Source: Eledone cirrhosa (lineage: Eukaryota). From it: a stretch of 64,000 nucleotides of DNA. Both the position numbers and the translations under genes were made by a program. The notes under the pieces are model-generated. The model made no database searches, was not told the DNA's origin, and saw only the letters and a program-made list of their open reading frames with translations. Shown piece after piece: positions 53,355-64,000 of the stretch; position 1 is the stretch's first letter, and each line of letters opens with the position of its first letter. The DNA lies in the NCBI GenBank assembly GCA_964016885.1, contig OZ024749.1, positions 36,084,001 through 36,148,000 of the forward strand, given 5' to 3'.

Positions 53355-56244
53355 ATCTCTGTCTCTCTATACATACACACACATACAGCACCAGGTATGG
53401 CATGGCCATCTGGCCAGACATCTCATAGTAGGACTAACCAGCTCCACACTGTAAACGTGGCTGACAGTAGGAAGGGTATCCAGCAGCAGTAAAAGCCCAG
53501 CCCAAACACAGCCCCACTATGAGCAGGGCATGGCACTGCCAACTGGTCAGACCTCCCTCATAATGGGACCATTATGTTCTATAACTTAACAGTTTGACAA
53601 AAAAGAAAAAGAATCGATAATTTAAGCGCCAGATTAGGGTGTGTGTTAATATGGCCAACTAAACCCCTTTAAGGTAGCGTCCAAACTTAGTCACAGTTTA
53701 ATGACTGAAAACCCGTAAAATACACTATTTATTGTAATGTATGTTTTGCACCTCATCTAGTGGGGGCTGGCAGTAACCTTCAATAAGAACTGACTCGATC
53801 CATAATCTGTACAACCTATACCAATATAGGAGATGATGATGATGATGATGATGACTGTTGTATGTGCACTACCAGGAATCAAACTCGCTGTCTTGCAATC
53901 GTGAGTCAAACACCACAACCATGAAGCTATGTGGTGGGATTGTTTGTTCCACTGTAAGGCCACCATCCTTACCACCACCTCCACCACGATCATAGTTGCG
54001 ACTCCACCCCAGTCCACCAACAGACATCCAATTGTTGTTGGTGGTGGTGGTGGTAGTTCTTGTGTAAGGCCATTATCCTCACTATCAATATCACCATCTT
54101 AGTTACAACTTCACCCCAGTTCCCCAACAGACACCCAAGTGGTGGTGGTGGTGGTAGTTCCAATATAAGGCCACCATCCTCACCTTCACTGCCACCATAG
54201 TTAAAGACTTCAGCCCCAGTCTCACAACCACTATTAGAGTTTAAAACTTTTATTCCATTTATCTAATCAACTCTTTTCCACAAAGAATTTTCTCCAATTA
54301 CAAATCTATTTGAAGTATTAAGGAGCATGTTAAAATTCTGAAGACTAATAAAGACTAGAGAAAGAAAATACCTTTTAGCTTTTAGCACTTGCTTCCATTT
54401 AGCCAAATATCAAAACTTTTCAGCTGCTCTCACTGGAACATGGCAGCAGAAACTATAATCACACTGGTAACTAATCAACTCACTGCTATTTTCAATGAAC
54501 TTTCATCTTTTGAACACTGTTTATATTTATTCAGAGCAAATTTGGTGGAACTCCTTTGGTGAAACCTAAGTATTTCTTCTTCATCATCAGTGACTTCATT
54601 AACTTTTGATCTTGTTTTTGAATTTTGTTGAGGTGTGGCCTAGTGGTTAAGGTGTTGGAATCCTGGTTATAAAGTTGTGGGTTCAATTCCTGAATTTTCT
54701 GATGTGTGATGTTCTTGGGCAAGATACTTTATTTCACATTGTTTTTTATGATAGGATTGGGACTCCTCTCATTAACCCTTTCGTTACCATATTCTTAATG
54801 AAAAACATGGCTCAATATCTTAGAAAATCAAGAATTTAATGGGATTTAGTAGTATAACCAACTTTCTCATTATTGAACTACTGTTTCAAACATAACATAA
54901 AGGTTCTCATGTAAAATTACGATGGAAGGTTTTTTTTTTTTAGATAAATATAAACAGTTTTGTAATGTAGAATCAGGTTCAAATGGTCAATTTCTGGGAG
55001 TAGTTTTGTATCAAAGGGGTTACCTTTTTATCATAGAAATGGTTTTTTTGAATGTCAAGTATGTTTTGAAAGAAGCTCCTGTCTTTCTCTTCTTCATCAT
55101 TCCATCGGTTTTCTAACAATTTTATATTTTAATTGCATTGCTTTTTGTTGCTTTTTGTGGACCAGGTGCATTTTACTGTGGCACCAACACTCTTTACAGA
55201 GTGCATTGGGTCCATTTTATCATGGCACTGACACTCATTACTGGGTATATTTTATAGTGACACTAACATTAAAGAGTTTGTCACATTACATGCTTGTCTA
55301 AACTAAAAAGTCCTTTCAAACTCACCATTTGATCACCATATCTGTAACATCCAATCTCTCATCATGTTTACTTTCAATATCACTGGTTGTACTGGTGGAG
55401 GTCGTAGCATGTCTTTTGTATAGTGGCAGATAATTCTAGTTCTTTCATTAAACCTCTCTCATAATTCTCAATTATTTTTTAATAATGAAAACAGACAATA
55501 TAATCATATTAGAAATATGGTAACGAAGGGTTTTAATATTCTTGTCTGTTAAGATAACTTAGAAAATTCTGTCACTGTAATGGCTGTATAAAAAGACAGA
55601 AAGGAAATGGTAAATAGAGATTTTGTTAAAAAAAAGAAAAGGAAATTCTTGCATGATTCCTCATCACAGAAATTATCTTTTAACCTTTGTAATGTTCTGC
55701 CTGGTTAAAGAAATGAAAACTAGCATCTCATGAATGTAGAACCTTTAAAATTTTAAAAGATTTTAAAAATATGTAAACCAGTAATAATTAAATCTTTTGT
55801 TACCAAACCTCTTTTGGTTCCAGGATACAAAACTGTTTATTTCAAAGTGTTCTTACTTTTGTTAAAACCTCACATTATAATTATATATAAGAATATTTAT
55901 GTTCCAACCTCCAGTTTAATAATGAGAAAGAATGATATATTATTAAATCTTTCTACATTCTTATTTAAAAAATTTTTAAATCATGGGCAGTGTCTTTCAT
56001 TGAAAATATGGTAGGAAAATGGGAAAGAATATATATTCCTTTCATCACCGTATTTCTAAACACTCCATTTCAATTAATTAATGAATTTTTAGGAACTTTG
56101 TTAGAATTATTTCACTAAGATATTAACATGGTTTTTATGAATGAATATGTATGTAGATTTTCATTTCAATAGGAACCTTTTAAAATGGGAAGTTTTATTT
56201 CATAGAACCAAAGCTGGTTTTGACCATGTTGGTATCAAGTCTTA

Positions 56245-56275
<31 letters not shown>

Positions 56276-56501
56276 GCACACAAGTACTCAGTCCACACTG
56301 GAAAGTGATCGTGTAGGCGTTATGACAAAAAGTACTCACTGTAAATGAGGTTGGCATTAGGAAGGGCACCCAGCTGTAGAAACCAAGTCAAAATCAGTTC
56401 TATATGAGCAAGACATTGTCACCTGACCTAGCATTGCTCACAACAGGACAACTTGTCTAACCCATGCTAGTGTGGAAAAATGGATGTAAAACGGTGATGA
56501 T

Positions 56502-56545
<44 letters not shown>

Positions 56546-58229
56546 ATAATATGTATGATCATTTTACATGTCCTGGGTCTCTGAGAACCACTGGTACTAC
56601 AGTTTTGTTGGTGTATGTCAGTTACATGTAATACAGAATTGGGGGATTAAATGAGGAAACCTGGAATTGCAATGGAAGGAATGTGGTCTGAAGTTTGAAA
56701 AGCTTATTGATGTTAATATGAATGAATGGGTGAAAAATTACTAAATGACAATTTGAAATGGAGTTATTGAGAAAAGCTGAGATTCCAAGAGGAGGACTGT
56801 GAGCTGGGTCTCTGTGAGCCACTGACCTAGTTGCTCTTCCAATCTCCCAATATGTACAAAATGTTTCCTTCGATATGTTGTCTTTGACCCAATAATTTTC
56901 TCTTCAGTAATGCTCTCCATCTCTATGGTTCCTCTTTAAGAAACTTTGTGCCATTGTTAATGTGTGCCATTGATTCTGAAAATAATTTCTATGAATTTCC
57001 AAGACATTATCTTCAATGTGTCTGATTTTTTTTTCTTATATTTTTTTCAAACATCTTACAACAACAATAGTAGTATTGATCATTAAATGACTTTTATCCC
57101 TACAGCAGCCACAGCAGCTGTAGTTACACACGCACACACGCGCACACACATGCACGCACGCGCACACACGCACACACACACTTCCATCTAACTATATTCA
57201 CACATATATGTGTGTGTGTATGTATATGTATATATTTATATAAGTATATTTGTATGATTATATCAGTGTGTGTGTGGGTGTATATTTATATGTATATATT
57301 TATATAAGTATATTTGTATGAATATATGAGTATGTGTGTATGTACATATGCCAGTAAAATGTTCCACTGTAACTGTACCAATCTTAACCCCAGGGAGATC
57401 TATAAAACTGCACTCACCCTTCATTAATAAAAGTAACTGCCAACAATTAAGTACTAATTACTTAAAGAACAGTTTATAGTGATATATTTATAGGAAATTC
57501 TTGTATTTTATTACCAAAATGTCTTTAACATTTCACTTGTTCCTTGATCTTCCACATCTTTAAAATGATGTTAAGAAAACAATTACATTTTTCCCAATAT
57601 GATAGCAAGTCATAACTTTTACAAGATAGGTGTACTTTAAGAAATAACTATAGTGAAATATGTTTTTCTTTAACCCTTTTGTTATTAACTAAGCCAAAAC
57701 CGGCTCTGGTTCCATGAAATAAAACCACACATTTTAAAGGTTTCCAATTTAAATAACAATTTTCCAATATAATTTTATATAAGAACCTTACTATCTTAGT
57801 TATGAAATAATTAATAATTTTCGTAAATCTCTCAAAATTCTTCATTAATTAATTGAAATGGAATGTATTTCATTGGAAATAATTGTTTCTACAATAGGCA
57901 CAAGGCCAGCAATTATCCCAGTGTATTACTGGTACTTTATTTTCCACCCCCGTTAGGATGAAAGGCAAAGTTAACCTGGAAATAATGGAAATCAACCCAT
58001 TGCCTGAGCACCCTAAGCTTCAGGTGTTTCAGATCTGCTCTAGCATTTCAAACTGTCAGTGTTGTCCTTAGACTGCAGCCTAGTTAGTGTTATGGATGAT
58101 GTGGCCTTGTTAATATCCTGTAATGATTTGTCAGAAAATATCTAAAAGTGAGTTTGTTAAATTCAAATAGTTATAGTATCTTTACTGGTGAGCAGATTGT
58201 TGTGAAAATTTGCAGTATTAGAGTAAATA

Positions 58230-58860
58230 CAGAGTGAGTCATAAGTAATCAGGCGGTCAATGCATTTTTATTACAAGGTTCACAAATAACGTTTTGAACA
58301 TCTATTACAAAATGTATTGAGGAAATGGGGTCCTCTTTTTGAAGACTTACTTTAATTATATTTTTTTAACTACGTTTGTTTGATGTATTTATAATTTCAT
58401 ACTGTAAATGTGGTTGGTGTTAGGAAGGGCATCCAGCTGTAGAAAACCCGCCAGACAGTCCACGCTGTAATGTGGCCGTGTAGGCAACACGGTAAAAACC
58501 TCCCAGCCCCACACTGTAAATGTGGTTGGTGTTAGGAAGGGCATCCAGCTGTAGAAAACCCGCCAGACAGTCCACGCTGTAATGTGGCCGTGTAGGCAAC
58601 ACGGTAAAAACCTCCCAGCCCCACACTGTAAATGTGGTTGGTGTTAGGAAGGGCATCCAGCTGTAGAAAACCCGCCAGACAGTCCTATGCGAGCAAGACA
58701 ACCACTCTTGCCTCAAGTGGGAAAACCCCCGTCCAAACCCATGCAAGCGTGGAACACGGACGCTAAACCTGATGATGATGATGATGATGATGACCAGAAT
58801 TTTAGTAAATATTATTTGGAATATAAATGTTGGACTGCCAGTTACTTATGACTCACTCTG
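58230..58860. mobile_element. TA-flanked Tc1/mariner-type MITE containing a retroposon insertion (58401-58793)
   Basis: TA-CAGAGTGAGTCATAAGTAA ... TTACTTATGACTCACTCTG-TA. Confidence 0.8.
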
Positions 58861-59589
58861 TATTTAATGTGATATACTCATAGTGCTGTTTTGTTCTAAA
58901 TATTTATAGCATCTTGACTGGTGGACATTAACACATCTTGTAATGATTTAGCAGGAAATATTTAAAGTGGGTTTGTTAATTCAAATATTTATAGTGTCTT
59001 TGTTAATTCAAATATTTATAGTGGGTTTGTTAATTCAAATATTTATAGTGTCTTTGTTAATTCAAATATTTATAGTGTCTTTACTATTGGATATATTGTT
59101 TTAAAATGTTAGTTTTAAAGATTTTATGTAATGTGATGCAGTCATAATACTGTTTTGTGCTAAATATTTACAGTATCTTTACTGGTGGACTGATTGTTCT
59201 CAAACGTTACAATATTATTGTAAATATTTGATATTTGATATTTGTGATGCAGTCATAGTGCTGTTTTTTAATTTTCAAGAATGTCTTGCTAATGTGGTTT
59301 TAGGTGGTACAGGATGTTGAGAGTTAAGGGTCCATATGTTTATGGAATGCTGCAGTTTTTTGTAAGATAATGTTCAGCATTGAACAATATTCTGACAGTG
59401 ATGCTGTCTTGCAGAAACCACAACACTACACACTTTCATACACACGCACACGTGCACCTTTGCACACACATACATACTTGCTCTCACACACACACACACA
59501 CACAGACACTCTGAGTATGCATCTGTAAGTTGAGTGAAATACAGCAACATCTGGTGGTGCAGATATTGTTATTTAGGGTGCAAAGAATT

Positions 59590-60075
59590 ATATACAGATG
59601 CCTTTAGATGGAACATATATAGTAAAACAATGTTACTGCAGAATATACAGATATTAGATGCAACAATAGATGCAGTAAACCAATGTTACTGCACAGCACT
59701 ATACCAGATGTCGTTAGATGCAACATGTGCAGTAAAACAATGCTATAGCTCAGGACTATACCAAGCTGTTATTAGATGTGCAGTAAACTGTTACTGCACA
59801 GCACTATACCAGATGTCGTTAGATGCAACGTGCAGTAAAACAATGCTATAGCTCAGGACTATACCGAGCTGTTATTAGATGTGCAGTAAACTGTTACTGC
59901 ACAGCACTGTACCAGATGTTGTTAGATGCAACAATGTGCCATAAACCAATGTTAGTACACAGCACTGTATGCAGATGTCATTAGATGCAACAATAGATGC
60001 AGTAAACCAATTCTGTAACAGTATACACTGATGCTAATTTATAGGTTGCTAAGTGCAACAATGTGCAGTAAACAT
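59590..60075. repeat. Degenerate ~50-58 bp tandem repeat with a ~106-bp dimer duplication
   Basis: GCAGTAAAC..TGTTACTGCACAGCACTATACCAGATGT..TTAGATGCAAC recurs. Confidence 0.75.
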
Positions 60076-60259
60076 ACTTTATACTGCTGCACTGTATACA
60101 CACACATATGCACCTAGTTTACTTATGTCAATAACTGAAAGTACATTTATTGTTTTATATCACATTAAACACTAACTGTAACATGCTGCACTTCTGTTAC
60201 TGCAGTATATTGGAGATTTTACAGTTTAACAGTTGTAATTTGATTGGGTTTACATTAAA

Positions 60260-61300
60260 ACCACTATCACTACTATCACCACCACTATCACTACTATCAC
60301 TACCACCACCACCACTATCACTACTATCACTATCACCACCACTATCACTACCACCACCACTATCACTACTATCACTACCACCACCACTATCACTACTATC
60401 ACCACCACTATCACTACTATCAACACCACCACCACTATCACTACTATCACTACCACCACCACTATTACTACTATCACCACCACTATCACTACTACCACCA
60501 CCACTATTACTACTATCACCACCATACTGTATGTATGTATGTATGTATGTATGTATGTATGTATGTATGTATGTATGTATGTATGTATGTATGTATGTAT
60601 GTATTATGTATGTGTGAATGTATGTATGTATTATGTATGTGTGAATGTATGTATGTATTATGTATGTGTGAATGTATGTATGTATTATGTATGTGTGAAT
60701 GTATGTATGTATGTATGTGTCTGTATGATTGTGTTTTTGCGTGGGTGGATGTATTTGTGCATATATTTATACAGATGTACTCAGACATGTGCTACATAGC
60801 ATGTTACACACACACACACACACACACACTTCCTCAAAACTACAGTTGGATCTATCTAGTACTCTAACTAGATGCACTCCATTGCACTCTCTACCCCTCC
60901 TCTCTCACCCTGTCTCTCTCTCTCACCCTGTCTCTCTCTCTCTCTCCCTCACCCTGTCTCTCTCTCTCTCTCCTATCTCTCTCTCTCTCTCTCCTATCTC
61001 TCACCCTGTCTCTCTCTCTCCTATCTCTCACCCTGTCTCTCTCTCTCTCTCCTATCTCTCACCCTGTCTCTCTCTCTCTCTCTCCTATCTCTCACCCTGT
61101 CTCTCTCTCTCTCTCCTATCTCTCACCCTCTCTCTCTCTCTCTCTCCTATCTCTCACCCTCTCTCTCTCTCTCTCTCCTATCTCTCACCCTCTCTCTCTC
61201 TCTCCTATCTCTCACCCTGTCTCCCTCTTTCTCCCCTCTCTCCCTCCCCTCTCTCCCTCTTTCTCCCCTCTCTCTCCCCGTCTCTCCTCTTCTCACCTCT
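60260..61300. repeat. Cluster of simple repeats: (ACC/ACT/ATC)n, (TATG)n and CT-rich minisatellite
   Basis: Directly visible. Confidence 0.9.
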
Positions 61301-61548
61301 CTCCCTCTCATTCCATCTCTTTCCTCACCACTCATAAGATGGAGAGGAATAGTGAAAGAATTATGTACACGGACGGACGGATGGATGGATGGAAAGAGAG
61401 AGGGGTAAGGAGAGATTAAGAGAGGGAGTGGTTGAGAGAGAGAGAGAGAATGTGTGTAAATATGAAGAATACAGCAGTAATTGGATTGAGACTGGGAAAT
61501 GTAAATAATTGAATAATGTGTTTAAATTATCACGCATACATGCACTCT

Positions 61549-61598
<50 letters not shown>

Positions 61599-61722
61599 AT
61601 CTACTGCTCTATAGATTCTCTATTGTAAAGTGTGTGTGTATATATGTGTGTGTGTGTGCGTGTGTGTAAACAAATATATTTCTTCAATGTACTGTGCTGT
61701 TTGCTTTGTTATTTCTGTTTAC

Positions 61723-61795
<73 letters not shown>

Positions 61796-62529
61796 AGGAT
61801 TGTATATATATATATAGAGATAGATATATATATATCATTATCACCGTTCAATGACCATTTTTCCTCATTAGCATGGGTTAGACGAGTTGTCCTGTTGTGA
61901 AACAAGTCTGACCAGATGACCATGTCTTGCTCATACAGGACTGTTTCTGGCTTCGTTTCTCTGCCCTTCCTAACACCAACCACATTTACAGAGTGAACTG
62001 GGTGCTGGGAGTAGGGGAGGTGCATGTATGTAGGGTGGGGATTCAAAAGATTGGTCTAGGGTGGTGCTCTTACCTGGTGAAGGATCGAGTGTCCGGATAT
62101 GGGTGAAAGGTGAAGTGTGAGGGCATGGGAGATGTCTGGAAGGGGGAGAGAGAGAGAAGTGGTGAATACTAGAGACCACTTGATGTATGCTTCAATCTGC
62201 TCACATGGTAAGGCGGGTCTTCTGTATTACAGTAGAATGCCATGTATATGTATACTACCCTACTATATACTTTGCTATATCTAGGAACGATCGACTTTCG
62301 TCAAATCGGACCGAGGGAACAATGTTTCCGTTGGTCTTTCCAATTGCTAATACTATCTATCGTTCGCAACTCCAGGTAGAAGAAGCAACGTGAAATAAAG
62401 TGTCTTGCTCAAGGACATAACGCATTGCCTGGTCCAGGAATCGAACTCACAACCTTACGATTTCGAATCCAATTCTCTAACCACTCAGCCACACGCCTTC
62501 ACGTGTTTGCTATATAAGTGTACTATATA

Positions 62530-62670
62530 TTGTACATCTCCTTCCTCACCCATGTATTTCTGAGAGGGTCGTGAGGGCAGTCTTGAAACACTCCCTCCAG
62601 CAGGTCCTCTCAAAAGTAACTGTCTCCAATTGATCTGGCTGGATCTCCAAGCGAGACTAGCTGAGCTCAT
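62530..62670 (-). mobile_element. RTE (Expander/Rex3-like) extreme 3' remnant
   Basis: SRLEIQPDQLETVTFERTCWREC..LPSRP resembles RLGIxPxELxxVAxxRxxW..LPPRP. Confidence 0.6.
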
Positions 62671-62902
62671 GTATGTTATTTAGGCCGTACTACATAATAT
62701 AATTGTTTCTACATTTGGCACAAGGCCATCAATTACCCAGTACATTACTGGTACTTTATTTTATCGACCCCGTAAGGATGAAAGGCAAAGTCAACCTCGG
62801 CGGGATTTGAACTCAGACCGTAAAGGGATGTAACTATGCTGGAAAGCATGGCGTCCAACCCTCTACCGATACTGAATAATATAACTATTAATGTCTCTAT
62901 TG

Positions 62903-63630
62903 CACACACACACACACACACAGACTCACACACAGACTCACACACACAGACTCACACACACAGACTCACACACACACTCACACACACAGACTCACACACA
63001 CAGACTCACACACACAGACTCACACACACAGACTCACACACACAGACTCACACACACAGACTCACACACACAGACTCACACACACAGACTCACACACACA
63101 GACTCACACACACAGACTCACACACACAGACTCACACACACAGACTCACACACACAGATACAGACACACAGATACAGACACACAGATACAGACACACAGA
63201 TACAGACACACAGATACAGACACACAGATACAGACACACAGATACAGACACACAGATACAGACACACAGATACAGACACACAGATACAGACACACAGATA
63301 CAGACACACAGATACAGACACACAGATACAGACACACAGATACAGACACACAGATACAGACACACAGATACAGACACACAGATACACACACACAGATACA
63401 GACACACACACAGACACACACACACATACACACACACAGGTGCTCGCACATGCACACACACACACACACACATACACACACAGGTGCTCGCACATGCACA
63501 CACACACACTCACACACACACACACGCACAGATACACACACATACACACACACAGGTGCTCGCACATGCATACACACACACACATACACACACAGGTGCT
63601 CGCACATGCACACACACACACACACACACC
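62903..63630. repeat. CA-derived arrays: (CACACACACAGACT)n, then (CACACAGATACAGA)n, then CAGGTGCTCGCACATG units
   Basis: Directly visible. Confidence 0.9.
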
Positions 63631-64000
63631 TACCTCAAGAAATTTGGTGATCATAAGTTTAGATGTGAAAAACATTGTTAGTCATGCCTGGATATTAAAA
63701 AAATTATGATAGTTATCAACATTCCTTAAATATATATGCAGTTGATTGTATATATTTGAAGTATGTAGATTCAATCTTCTTGATGACTTTACACATACAT
63801 GCAATCAGATATAATTTGTCTGTTTTATACATTTATAATCAACCTCCTTCCCTATCTTCTTTCATTGGTTACAAGCCACCTTCATTTTGTCAATATCTCT
63901 GTCAAAATAACAACTCTGTCTGTTTGTCCAATGTTTTGTATTCACTTGCCATGCTAGTATGGATTTTACTGGATGCCATGGACAGTTAGCTATATCTTGC

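Noticed and set aside
54424-54466. Plus-strand exon candidates (also starting at 4302, 22625 and 27257)
   Set aside because: Plausible splice dinucleotides but no recognisable peptide or consistent chain; not distinguishable from chance.

Overview
AT-rich, repeat-dense eukaryotic DNA. It is most likely intronic or intergenic sequence of an octopus or other coleoid cephalopod; this is inferred from remembered resemblance of the tRNA-derived SINE families and was not checked by search. No host protein-coding gene can be supported. Almost all listed ORFs are translations of micro/minisatellites or decayed retrotransposon fragments. The window contains several SINE families, RTE-type and CRE-like LINE remnants, TTAA- and TA-flanked MITEs, a mariner remnant and many tandem arrays. 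The most notable signal is a set of short non-coding modules embedded in (TA)n tracts. Several carry type I hammerhead ribozyme folds (28115-28185 -, 28303-28373 +, 51059-51122 +, 52086-52151 -, and a damaged copy at 31456-31510 +) with different but still base-paired stem II sequences and self-complementary stem III. Related modules share a subterminal ACTC..TTGAGT motif and an inverted copy of internal sequence at their 5' end. One such fold-back encloses a tRNA-like head. Together these suggest non-autonomous Penelope-like elements, possibly including a tRNA-headed passenger. Also notable is a ~480 bp inverted duplication nested around an inverted SINE pair (12.5-19.1 kb). Boundaries of decayed repeats are approximate.
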